Source: Macrostomum lignano | Lineage: Eukaryota | Assembly: GCA_002269645.1 (NCBI GenBank) | Contig: NIVC01000001.1 | Coordinates: 2,356,001 to 2,420,000 of the forward strand | Length of the DNA stretch: 64,000 nucleotides | Direction: 5' to 3' | Part shown: positions 12,672 to 25,256 of the stretch, in pieces | Position numbering within the stretch: the stretch's first letter is position 1 | Layout of the letters: each line of letters opens with the position of its first letter | Translations under genes and position numbers: made by a program | The notes under the pieces: model-generated | What the model saw: only the letters and a program-made list of their open reading frames with translations | What the model was told of the DNA's origin: nothing | Database searches by the model: none

Positions 12672-13278
12672 GGTGTCCGAGTGTCTGTCCACGTGTCTGT
12701 CCAAGTGTCTTTCCGACTGCCTGTCCAAGGTCCTGTCCAAGTCCCTGCCCAAGTGTCTGTCCAAGTGCCTGTTTAAGTGCCTGTCTCAGTGTCTGTCCGA
12801 TTGTCTGTCGGAGTGTCTGTCCAAGGTCCTGTCCAAGTCCCTGCCCAAGTGTCTGTCCAATTATCTGTCCGAGTGTCTTTCCGAGTGTCTGTCCAAGTGT
12901 CCGAGTGTCTTTCCGAGTGTCTGTCCAAGTGTCCGAGTGTCTTTCCGAGTGTCTGTCCAAGTGTCCGAGTGCCTGTCCAAGGTCCTGTCCAAGTCCCCGG
13001 CCAAGTTTCTGTCCGAGTGTCTGTCCGAGTGTCTGTCCGAGTGTCTGTCCGAGTGCCTGTCCAAGGTCCTGTTCAAGTGCCTGTCCAAGTGCCTGTCCGA
13101 GTGTCTGTCCAAGTGTCTGTCCAAGTGTCTGTCCGAGTGCCTGTCCGAGTGTCTGTCCGAGTGTCTGTCCGAGTGCCTGTCCAAGGTCCTGTTCAAGTGC
13201 CTGTCCAAGTGCCTGTCCAAGTGCCTGTCCAAATGTTTGTCCATGTGTTTTTCAAGTGCCTATCCAAGTGCCTGTCTC
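12672..13278. repeat. 12-bp minisatellite (GTGTCTGTCCRA)n with variant units
   Basis: Direct periodicity; source of several spurious ORFs. Confidence 0.93.
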
Positions 13279-14197
13279 CAGTGACTTTCGTTTTTGTCTG
13301 TGGTTTTCTTATCGTTTGTCTTAGTATCTGTCTGAGTACATTTCATGCTGTCTGTTTTATTGCTTTTCGAAGTGTCCGCCTAGCCTCTGACAATGTATCT
13401 CTCCGAGCCTTCTAAATCCGCATGATTCTCAGCAGTCGGAGCCGGCTCACTCAAGCAGGGACTCTCTTCTTCGCCAGGTGTTGGCAGCGCCCAGGCCCAG
13501 CCAAGCGAAGCCCCCAATTTGCCGCCTCTCCCTGTCCCGACTCAGCTGGGCAAAGTCAAATTTCCTTCGCGCACACATTTCTTACAGCTCACGCGCCGCT
13601 GCTCAAGGCTCCGAGACCTGCTTAAGTCTCGCGCGCGCGCGCGTGTCCCGAGACCAACCGCTCGGGTGTCAGGATTCCCTGCCAGGATCTCTGGCGGGAC
13701 ATCCGGCCTCAGTCTGATCTCAAATTGGGCGTCTTCTCCTGCACTGACTTGAACATTGCTAACCGCGGGGCGCGCCCGACAGGGCAGCAATTCATTTCCT
13801 GCCGAATGCTCAGCGATTGCTGGAATTGAAACACGAGTGCTAATTAGAAATCTCGGCTGGCTGCCACGGCACCAGCCTCTGTGTGCCCCCGTGTTTCAAT
13901 GATTAATTAATCATTGCAGTCTCTCCGCCCGGCACTCTTCTTCCGTGCGTCTGGCCTGCTCTTCAACTGACACTTCAGACATTTGTACCGCGTGTTCAGC
14001 CTATGACACTGAGCTGCATATTGACACCGTGAATAGGGAGACAAAATAGCCGCCCCCTAGGGTATGGAATCAAATTATGAGCAGCTTGGGAAAATAACAC
14101 CTGGCCTCCGAGTGGCATCCGATTGTTCATCGATGTTTGTCTCCTGTCACATTTTTGCCGGAGTGAAGCCCGCTGTGATCTTTTGAATTGCCGTTTT

Positions 14198-14393
<196 letters not shown>

Positions 14394-16639
14394 GCTGATG
14401 GTTTGAAAGGAAATGGTAAGAAAATGAAATCAAGATGAATCGAACTTGCCACAGAAACCAAGAATCAGAAAGCCGCGGTGAGCCACGACTCCCTGGAACC
14501 AGAGAAATAATGCCAAGATGCTCAGAAGTCCTCAGGTTTGGTAAAAGAATGTAAAAACACTGATCTCTAATTCGGCTGCAATTCGAATAGGCTGAAAGAG
14601 CCCCTTTCACCAATCTTTGCCTTTTTACATTCTGTTTTGATTTTTCACTCAATGATTTTGTCGAGGTCAAGAGGTTGCCTTCTCCAGCAACCAAAAGCAG
14701 TCAGGAAGGAAGTCACTATCCATAATTATTTAGCTCTGCGATCAACTTAATTGCAGTTCTATTGCTTTCCCATTCTCGGAATGGGACAGCGCTTACTCAA
14801 GAAAAAAATTATATCTCCTGTTTGTTTAATTTCATGTTTTTTGTTTAATTTCACGGGTTTTGCTACAAATCGATGCATTGAATAGGATGATTGAAAAGCA
14901 CATAGCAAATTTCATAGATTGTCAATAACTTTGATTTTAAAATTAGCAAGGAAAGTCATGCCAAGACTGACTGCTTTGGCAAGCTGCGAAGAAAGCCGCT
15001 AAAGACATTCATCGTGGATTTTGCTGCTGGGTGGACAGGGCATTGCAGGCAACTAACCCGGAAGTGTCAGCTTCCCAGCTTTTGTTTAAGCCACAACCGG
15101 TCTCCCAGCTATAGATACTAGAACGACACGGAGCTTTCACAGCTGCACCCTAACGACAGACGCTGTGGCCAAATCCCTTGAGATGGGATCGGAGCGCTGG
15201 CTAGGGTGCCCCCAGATCCGCATTTACAAATCCCAAATCCAATCGACCGTTGCCCCTAGTGCTCTTTCCGTTCAATTTGCGTAGCTTTGGCAAGTTTTCT
15301 CAGTAGCCAAGTCGATTGAACTGAGGCCGGAGCTGCCTCGCCGAGGCCTGAACTGTCGCTCATTCCGAACAATTAGTGCGGCTAAAAGATAAGAACTGAA
15401 AACAACTTTTGACAAAGTCGGCGTAGCGCTTTCACTCTTTATGCCTTGATTAAAGCTCGCTCGCCCGGGCCTTGGGGACCGCGGGAGAGGGAGGAGAGCT
15501 CGCTATCTGGACCGGTTTTTCCTCCTCTAACTTCTGCTTTTTGTCTTCCCGACTATTCTGATCAAGTTTTTCGGATTAATTTCTTTGAAAAGAAGCTTCA
15601 AGACCAAAAAATTTCTTAATATAGTTACACCGAAGGCAGGTCCTCTTCACGGCCTTCCGCATAGAAAGATAGGCGGAGGCAGAACGTGTCGAGTAGGCCT
15701 GTGAACTATCATGATACTTCAATTGAGAGTTTTCCACGCGCCGCTATAAATGGCGTGCGCCGGAGTTGGGCGAGAAGGAGCGAGTCGTGGGAGTTTAGAG
15801 TGGAATGGGATTTAAGCCGTTCTTTCCGTTTTAGGCTTCGCTTTCTAGGCCAGATCGGTAATGAGCAGAGAGAGTGGGGTGGAGGAGTAGAAGAGTTCCG
15901 ATAGAGCTCTTCGAGTTCGAGTTGATGAAGTGGACACTCGAAGTGCTGTTCCAGATTCTGCTTTATTCTACTAGTGGAAAAGACAAAGAATGAGACATAG
16001 TCGCGCCGATATGTTGTGCAACTGACAATTATAGCAAAGTGCACAGGCCTAACCATCATGATCTGCTAAATGAGATTCAGATTTAGCAAGAATATACTGT
16101 ACACCAGGGACTGAAAAAATATAAAAAGAAAGTTAGTCAGTGAGCTGAAATTAGACATCTCTTACCATTGAGGAGTTTTTCTATCGACCGCGAGTCAGAC
16201 AAGTCCAACACAGTCCAGGCAAGCAACTTCCTGCCAGCTCCCCCTGCCTATTCTGCCGTCTCCCTAATCACCCCATCAGAGCCGAATTTGCTTGTTCCAA
16301 AGCAGGTCCTTGGCAACTCTAGGTCCCTATGGGCCACTGAATTCGCTGCTTCTCTCTCACACACCGTGACCGTAATGAGAGTCTCCAACTGAATCAAATT
16401 CCATTCATTGCCCGTCTCTTTCTCATGTTCTGTTCTTAACAAATCTCATTCGTCATCATTGGACGCTTGAGTATACAGATTCTTTTGTCAAATTGTTTCT
16501 CAATCGAAGTTCTTTTGCTTTGAACTGTCGAGCTGTTACTTTGTAGCTCGCCTTGCTGTGAAATAAAGAATTGAAAAACTCTCGTAGTTACTTCAGTGCT
16601 CGAAAGCTTTGTGTTCAGTTTGTAGTCGAAAGCCACACA

Positions 16640-17968
16640 GTGCACACAGCTCAGTGGGTCTTGTTCAAGGCACAACACTGTACAGTCCACAGAGCTCAGT
16701 GGGTCTTGTTCAAGGCACAACACTGTACAGTCCACAGAGCTCAGAGGGTCTTGTTCAAGGCACAACACTGTACAGTCCACAGAGCTCAGTGGGTCTTGTT
16801 CAAGGCACAACACTGTACAGTCCACAGAGCTCAGTGGGTCTTGTTCAAGGCACAATACTGTACAGTCCACAGAGCTCAGTGGGTCTTGTTCAAGGCACAA
16901 CACTGTACAGTCCACAGAGCTCAGTGGGTCTTGTTCAAGGCACAACACTGTACAGTCCACAGAGCTCAGTGGGTCTTGTTCAAGGCACAACACTGTACAG
17001 TCCACAGAGTTCAGTGGGTCTTGTTCAAGGCACAACACTGTACAGTCCACAGAGCTCAGTGGGTCTTGTTCAAGGCACAACACTGTACAGTCCACAGAGC
17101 TCAGTGGGTCTTGTTCAAGGCACAACACTGTACAGTCCACAGAGCTCAGTGGGTCTTGTTCAAGGCACAACACTGGGGTACAGTCCACAGAGCTCAGTGG
17201 GTCTTGTTTAAGGCACAACACTGTACAGTCCACAGAGCTCAGTGGGTCTTGTTCAAGGCGCAACACTGTACAGTCCACAGAGCTCAGTGGGTCTTGTTCA
17301 AGGCACAACACTGTACAGTCCACAGAGCTCAGTGGGTCTTGTTCAAGGCACAACACTGTACAGTCCACAGAGCTCAGTGGGTCTTGTTCAAGGCACAACA
17401 CTGTACAGTCCACAGAGCTCAGTGGGTCTTGTTCAAGGCACAACACTGGGGTACAGTCCACAGAGCTCAGTGGGTCTTGTTTAAGGCACAACACTGTACA
17501 GTCCACAGAGCTCAGTGGGTCTTGTTCAAGGCACAACACTGTACAGTCCACAGAGCTCAGTGGGTCTTGTTCAAGGCACAACACTGTACAGTCCACAGAG
17601 CTCAGTGGGTCTTGTTCAAGGCACAACACTGTACAGTCCACAGAGCTCAGTGGGTCTTGTTCAAGGCACAACACTGTACAGTCCACAGAGCTCAGTGGGT
17701 CTTGTTCAAGGCACAACACTGTACAGTCCACAGAGCTCAGTGGGTCTTGTTCAAGGCACAACACTGTACAGTCCACAGAGCTCAGTGGGTCTTGTTCAAG
17801 GCACAACACTGTACAGTCCACAGAGCTCAGTGGGTCTTGTTCAAGGCACAACACTGTACAGTCCACAGAGCTCAGTGGGTCTTGTTCAAGAGACAACACT
17901 GTACAGTCCACAGGGCTCAGTGGGTCTGCTTTAAGAGACACGAGACAACACTGTACAGTCCACAGGGC
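16640..17968. repeat. 45-bp minisatellite CTGTACAGTCCACAGAGCTCAGTGGGTCTTGTTCAAGGCACAACA, about 29 copies
   Basis: Direct periodicity. Two units carry the same CTGGGGTAC insertion variant. Explains the 486-501 aa ORFs. Confidence 0.97.
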
Positions 17969-18652
17969 CCTTGTGAGTTTTCTTCAAGAGACAACAAACA
18001 ATTCCGTTTCTGGAATATGGACTTTATCTGATGGACCAGCTATAAATACGAGTTAGCAATTATGTTTGTAGCAGACAGCCAATTTAAACCATAGACAGAG
18101 TGAAAGATTTCATTTTTATTTTTATTTGCTGTCAAAAGATTTTTTAAAATCATCAATTCTTTGAGTTAAGCTACAAATCACCTTAACTGCCAAAAATGAC
18201 ATCTTTACTAGACTGAAAAAACACAACTATAGGACTCAATTGCGACTCCAACTGCAGCCAAGCCAAATGCGTCCTTTGCTTCCAGCTACGAGCACTAGGT
18301 GAGCCCGCCTTTGTACACAGTGTTCCAAGTGCTTTCACTGTCTCATAGAGGGTGTTTGTTGATTCCACTGTCTCATTGAAGGCGATTGCTGCACCCAATA
18401 TGTCGCATGAAGGTTTTCGCTACCACCGGTGTCTCTTTAACTTTAAGAGCCCGTCTTAAGACTACCTCAACCGCCCGTTGAAACTGCAGGCATCAGGCTT
18501 CTGGTTACTGTCCGAATCGTGGGTCAACTGTCGCATATGGTTTGAAAATTCGACAATCGCAGAACAACTCAAAGCATGATTGCCTAGTCTCACTGTCCAT
18601 CGACTGTCGACGCGACAATCACAGTCAGCCTCAGCCAGCCGACTTTGAGACA

Positions 18653-19345
18653 ATGCAAACCACTCCGAGACAGTCTCAGAAAGACTACATTCAGCGGCCA
18701 CCGACGCCTCGACAGCGTTCCACCCCACTGTCAGCTGGCGCAGGCAAGTTCAATCAGCGTCATCAAAGTGGCAGGCTGACGCACACTTGGACCATCTCGC
18801 CTCAGTCTTTGGCTTCATCGACAGACGACGATTCGGACGAGTTCAGCGCCCAGATTCCAGCTTCGATAGGTCGGGTTGCCGCCGCAGTTCGCTATTTCAA
18901 CACCTTCACCACCCGCGGGTTATCACCGGTTGGCTCGACGCGCACAAGCAGCAGCTTCAAGACGTCGCAAGCTCAATCGCGGCCTGTCGCCGAGAACATC
19001 AACGCGACACCGCCATCCATGCCGATCGAACCTCCATCGATCTCGCCGCCTCCTAGGTCGCCGCCATCACCGCGACCAACATTTCGTGAGTTGGTGGCCA
19101 AATTCGAATCGATCAGTCGAGCTGAGAACGCGACAATGAAGTCTGACAACAGCCCCAGCAGTCTGGACAATGCTACAGTCCCAACCACTTGTCCACCGCA
19201 GATTCCGTCTAGCGTGCCTGAGGAGCAGCAGACCGCCGAGTCGTTGTTTACTCAAATAGTCGTCTCTACACTGCTCTGCGTCTGTCTTTTACTGGCAATT
19301 GCTGTCAATTTTTGCTTCGGAGCCATGGACTTTTGGCATCAATGA
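18653..19345 (+). CDS. Orphan Ser/Pro/Thr-rich protein (about 230 aa) with a C-terminal transmembrane anchor
   Basis: Non-repetitive open frame 18542-19345, first true ATG at 18653, GC-rich coding-like composition, hydrophobic tail IVVSTLLCVCLLLAIAVNFCFG. The true 5' end may include an upstream exon. Confidence 0.6.
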   Translation: MQTTPRQSQKDYIQRPPTPRQRSTPLSAGAGKFNQRHQSGRLTHTWTISPQSLASSTDDDSDEFSAQIPASIGRVAAAVRYFNTFTTRGLSPVGSTRTSSSFKTSQAQSRPVAENINATPPSMPIEPPSISPPPRSPPSPRPTFRELVAKFESISRAENATMKSDNSPSSLDNATVPTTCPPQIPSSVPEEQQTAESLFTQIVVSTLLCVCLLLAIAVNFCFGAMDFWHQ

Positions 19346-21249
19346 TCAGTCAATGATCCGGGCTATTTGAGAATTCGATTGAAAGAAATTTATGAAAATT
19401 CAAATGGACAAATTAACTACTATTCTGACAAGCAAATGATCACCTATCCGCATAATGTACTGTAAAATAAGTACATAAAAATTGATTTTACCACTTTTAT
19501 GTATAGTACCATAATAATTTTTCCGACGAATAGATTGATCAACTTTCGAGCTTCCAATGCAATCAGATTCCAAGCTGGTGCCTAGTCTGGCGTGACATTA
19601 GAGCGCGGAATTTAGAGCCAGCGCGTTGGCCCGGCTCCCTCTCTTGCAGTGGCTGCATGTCTCTGCTAGTGTATTGAAGAACTCCCAGCTATACTTTCAT
19701 GCATAGCTGCGCGCATGCAAGCTCGATCGTCCTCGAACTTCCCTGACTGAACGGACGTCACGCATGGCGGCTATTCCATCTGCAATCGAGCAGACTGCTC
19801 GAGCCTCGATTTGAAATTCTTTTGGCCAAATACAGTGCATTAACCGATCGGGAATATTGTTATTTTTTCCATACGAATCTTATGCAGTCAACATGTACTG
19901 AGCACAGTTTCCTTGCAACACGCGTGGATCACCAGCTACATCTCGATTGTCAATCAAACATATAAGGAACGGGTTGGTGCATGGGCCATGCAGTAAAGGC
20001 AAAATTGCGTAAGGAGTGATTCTCGAATTACTCAATTGTAAATTGCGGTAAGAGTTCAGTTTCATAACCTGAACTAACCTACATAATAACTTATTCAATG
20101 GCTTGCTCTTCTGGCCAAAAGTCTGACTTTAAAGCCTCAATTATTTTTTAATTAACCAGCAAAAAGGGTGCCGGCATGCTGGCTAACATGTCGGCGATGC
20201 GGCCTACTATAGCCCAAGGACGACTTAAATAGAAGGACGGGAAACCTCGTTTCTTAGAAAAGTTTTGAAGGCACTTTTTCCCGAAAAAATACACTACGGA
20301 GATAGGAAGTTTTCATTTTTTCAGCACAAAAATTGTTATTGCGTTTGATAGGAGGCAGGTCCAGTGTTCATCTTTTGATATGTTGTGCCCTTTTTATTGC
20401 TCTATCGATATTTATAAAGCTTTTCGTTCAGAAAATTAGGATATTGGAAAATAGACCTGCCATATTTGCAAGCTAAAAAAGTATGGCCCAAATTTTTTTG
20501 GCCATAGCTGAAGGGGGACTTGGCTTTGGCTTCGGCGCACGACCAAGACCGCCACACCAAGACCGCCACAGCTCTTACTGGCTACTGGAATTGAGGGGGA
20601 GCTACCAATCTTCCAGCATTGCTATTGGTTGTGAAGGGTTGTGGAGTTAGATGAGGAGGAAGCGTCCCAAGATCGGTCACGAATAAGACGATTAAGTGGC
20701 CCAAAACGATTGCAAGTCAACCAGGGTAATTTTAACAATCTTTAACAAAACCACAATTTGTTACTTTTAACAGTAGATGAGCATGAATAATGCTTTTGAG
20801 AGCAAAAGCTTGAATAATTAGATTTAACTTCCCACTTTCAAAAAGCCGTCAATTGCAAGTTGCTGTAATTTGAAAAGTTTTTTTACGAGCTCGCATGATT
20901 ATACGAGCGATTCGGCGTCTGGGTGCGTCTAGTGCATTACGGTCAAACAAATATTAAGCGACTTGATATGTGCTATGGTACGTGGATTTAGAGGTGCCAT
21001 TCATTTTGACGAAGGTTTACATGTATTTTGACGAAAGCAAGTCAACCACTATCGTTCACTCACATAACAGAAAAAGCGCATCTTAGGCCCAAAGCCTATG
21101 AGAATGTCTGTACATATGTACGAGCATTGTGTGTATTTTATTGTGTACTCAAAGCCGAGAATTTCGGAGAAAGCAAAGGGAGAAGATGAGAGTAAATGTA
21201 CATGTACATGTAATATGAGAGAATATATGGAGAGGGGTTAGAAGATCTC

Positions 21250-21515
21250 GATCTCTCTCACTCACTCTCTCTGTCTCACTCATTTCACACCCACTCCCAC
21301 ACTGACGCTCACTCTCACTCACTCTCACTCTCTCACTCACTCACTCACTCACTCACTCACTCACTCACTCACTCACTCACTCACTCACTCACACACTTTC
21401 TCACACTCACTCCTACACTCACTCTCCCTCACTCACTCACTCTCTCACCCTCTATCTCTCACACTCACTCCTATATTCTCGCTTTCTCTCTCACTCTCTC
21501 TCTCTCTCTCTCTCT

Positions 21516-21605
<90 letters not shown>
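21250..21605. repeat. (CACT)n then (CT)n microsatellite
   Basis: Direct observation; a shorter complementary (GTGA)n tract lies at about 21905-22015. Confidence 0.95.
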
Positions 21606-21606
<1 letters not shown>

Positions 21607-23924
21607 ACCAGGTCGATCATTGTCAATTGCATGGTAAATTAAAAGCAAGTGTAGCGATATACTGTCCGTCTGTTGTATGGTATAGATCAGAACTGCATGT
21701 ACATGCACAGTACACTGGTACCCAATGTGATGTACAAATGTACAATTGTAGCTATATTTATTCGTACAAATAGTTTTAGAACGTATTTTTTAATGAACAG
21801 GGAGAACATCCGAAATTAAAGTAAACGATTACATGTGCATGTGATGTACATGCATTTTCGTGCCATAAATTTTTATTGCATTAAGAGCGATCACAGAAAC
21901 TTTTGAGTGAGTGATCAAGTGTGTGCGAGTGAGTGAGTGAGCGAGTGAGATTCAGATACACATGTAGAGGGTGAGAGAGTGAGTGAGTTAGTGATTGAGT
22001 GATTCAAAAGTGAGTATGAAAACTGCTTACCAGGCGCGTACAACTCGATCGAGGCCCAGCAGCTCACATATCACAGATCGCTACTTAAGTGTCGTTTTTA
22101 TAGGAATTGAAGCCTGTACATGTACACGTAATAACAACGGTATGGCTGCACGATTCACCACCCGGTAACCTCTAAATACATGTGCATGTTGGCCTGCCTG
22201 CCTGCGATCGAATTGGCATATTTGCATTGGCAATCGGACATGGTTGAATCACACATGAAAACTCACATTATAACAAATTATAACAATGACAACCAACTCA
22301 AAGACCACATTCGAAACTGCGAATTAAGAATGCAGTTAAGTCAAGAGCTTTTTTCACAGCTTTCTACTAAAAGTAGCTGTTTATTTAGGATTGATAGTTC
22401 CTTTACAATTCAAATTGAATGAAAAAACGAGGAGGGATCACCCACGGTCGCTCTGAAGGCCGGTTCCTCTCTCGCGGCCTTGTCCTGTTGACTCTACCTA
22501 TCTCACCCTCCCCAGCACCATCCAATAACATGGCGAGCCAAATTCCTCCCCGGCTCCCCCAAGTGTGGCGGTCTTGGTCCTACACCTTGGCGGCTCGGCC
22601 CCCTGCCCCTACTAGATCTACAATACATACATCTACTGTGTTGTAAATAAAAAGAACATTAATGCCTATTAAATTCTTAGAATTTGAAATTATAACATTC
22701 TAAGACTACTAAGTATAATAGACATACATATAGAATTACTAGTTGACCTAGGCCTAGCTAGTGCTAGTCTGGCTAAATGTATGTAACAAAATTGAAAACC
22801 AAAATTAAAAAAGTATAGGGCCTACTAAGCCTAAGGCCTACAATAGATCAAAGGGAAAATAAAGAAAAAGTACAGTAACACTAGGATTAGGAATGCAAAA
22901 TAAAAAAGCAAAATGCTAAAATTTAGGCCCTATCATTCTTTTATCAAATTGTAAAAGAAAGCAAAGCTATATAAAGCCTAAAGGATTATATAAAAGGTTG
23001 TAAGTTGCTTTGAAAGTTGAATTATTAGTCAAAACAAGTTATATAGGCATATAGCTATAAGCTAATATAATTTTAATAGATATTATTTATAATTATAGTT
23101 AAATAGTATTTTATAAAAAAATTAAAATTTCTAGATTCTAGGCCCTAGCCAAACTAGGCCTAGGCCTATCATTTTACTAAGTTATATTTTCATTTATTAA
23201 TAGCAATAGGGGCCTAATTAGGGGCCTAAAAGTCAATGAATTTATTTTAGGTATTTATTCTATCTAGGCCTTAATAGCAAAATTTTATTTAAAAGTATTG
23301 AATAAATGCTTGTTTTAATTTTAAATAGGTATTAAGCTTGGCCTAGTCACTTTGTCATTATCAATTGGCATTTTATTAAATAATTTACTAAGTGACTATT
23401 AGGTAAGAGCACAGATACTATAAATACTAGATAGGCCACTCAGGCTAATTTTCTGGGCAAGTTTTTATTCTACTTTCTATTTTGTAGCAATGAAAGAAAG
23501 CAATAGTATTATTTGCTAAATTAGACAAATCAAGTGACTGTTTTTGAGACATCATTTTGCTAATGCTATAAACAACTAACTTGTTTTGTGCAGTAATGGT
23601 GTACATTAAAATGCGACAAATAGTATACAATGCTGCTATCTTTCAAAGTAGAGGAAGGGGGTAGTCTGGAATAGGGTTAAGATGAGTAGATTGGTAATTT
23701 AGGCCCACTGGTGGTAGGATAGAAAATAAAGGACTGCATATAGCTAGCCTGGGTTAAGGGTGGGGGTTGAAAGGTTGTAGGTTAGAAAATTTGAGGGTGG
23801 CAAATTGTGCTTAAATACAATCTTATATAGATAAACAGGACAAGAGTCAGAGTTAAAGAAAGTTTGAGTGCATAGCTCGTACTAGCTTTTTTATCTAATC
23901 TCATACTTGTAGAAATGTTTTGAT

Positions 23925-24880
23925 TTGAACCACTGCTGTGCTCCCACTTGCACTAGCTCTGTACTAGTGCTATTACCATCCGAGAAAGAAAATCTGTTGC
24001 GAATGCATAAATTACCAAAAGATGACACTGGCAAAGCACTAGCAGCAGCTACTGCAAGAGTGTGGATATTGACCTTTATAAACAATTAAATCACAGGGCC
24101 TACATGTTTTCAGCTTGCACTTTATGGACGAGGCCTACTGCTGCCTTACAAAGTGCCACAGATGTGCAAAACATCTGTTTTCACTAGGATGCAATCCCAC
24201 ACCAAGAGTTGATGCTGCCTCGGCTCATTCAAATAGACCAGCTACCCTCTATGCAGAGGACTGATAAACAATAAAGAGGCAGACAATATGTACCCTCCAG
24301 TGCTAGGACCAATTAGCAATCTATTTGCAGCTGAGCCTGTGACTTGCCTGCTGCCAGTGCTGTGGCAGAGCAACCTTCAGTTACCAGATTCTGCGTCGAG
24401 AACAGCTTTTGCGGCTGAAAGCTCTCACCTCTGCAGCCGATTCGCAGGTTCCAAGCGCTAGAGGCAACAATCAAGCAGCTGCAGCAACAATCCCGAAAGT
24501 GACAGGCGAATCAAGTGGCTGCAGTGGCAATCTCAAAAGCAACAGGCAAATCAAGTGGCTGCAGCAGCAACTCTCGATGGTCAAGGCAAGTGCAGCGCAG
24601 TCATGCATCTATGGACTGTGGAGGCGTAGCTAGCGCAGCTTCCAGTGGTCGACTGGGCGCTTGCAGTCAGGGGTGCTCTGGTCAAAGGATGTCATCTCAT
24701 CAGCAGCTCATTGCAGCTGCACCACAAAAGTCCTGCTGCTTATTGGCTGCCTGTTATGAAACCACTGAGGATTGGCTCTCCATCGGATACATCCCTGGAC
24801 CTTGAAGAGGCGCATTTGCCAGTTTTTTTCATCTGTTGGGCCGTGCTGAATGCTGCCTCTGAACCCTATTGGAATAAATG
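23925..24880 (+). mobile_element. Degenerate THAP-domain DNA transposon relic (P-element-like N-terminus)
   Basis: Frameshifted translation NHCCAPTC...RMHKLPKD...RVWIL / LHVFSLHFMDEAY / DAIP follows the THAP C2CH order (C-x-C, H-x-x-P-x-D, W, CSLHF, AVPT). Coiled-coil-like segments follow (QALEATIKQLQQ, RQIKWLQQQL). Stops and frameshifts are present. Confidence 0.55.
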
Positions 24881-24944
24881 TTAAAAACCCGCGGACGCGC
24901 GCTTTAGAAAAGAGTCAAACTATTTTACCGCGCTTTAGGATTAT

Positions 24945-25256
24945 TAGAGATGTTCCGAAAGATCTGCAGTTTTGTCGAAATCAAAATTCGCTAACTTTCC
25001 AAAATCAAAATTGAAATTTCCCGAAATCATAATTCAGAAAAACAAAGTTTAGTATGATCAACACTCACTTTTTTACTTTCAATTTACTGCTTAAGCAAAA
25101 AGTAATACATGTATATGTAGTAGAAAGTAGTTTATTTTTAGCGACTTTTTAGACACTACCAAAATTTTCACTTCTAAATTTTATTTCGAAATTGAAATTC
25201 GCTCTAAAAAATTTCAAATTTTGGAAAATTGAAATTGAATTTTCGGAACATCTCTA
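24945..25256. mobile_element. MITE with perfect 16-bp TIRs TAGAGATGTTCCGAAA (hAT-like ends)
   Basis: TIRs at 24945-24960 and 25241-25256; AT-rich interior with repeated CCGAAA/GAAATT motifs. The 8-bp flanks match only 5/8. Confidence 0.75.

Noticed and set aside
15746-15751. TATAAA boxes here and near 56513 as promoters
   Set aside because: No downstream gene could be tied to them; a hexamer alone is insufficient.
16436-18031. 486-501 aa ORFs on both strands
   Set aside because: They are translations of a stop-poor 45-bp satellite, open in several frames, with no domain.
22630-23900. NUMT explanation for the AT-rich patches
   Set aside because: No mitochondrial gene motifs were recognised, and the comparable patch at 38710-39930 lies within a piggyBac relic.
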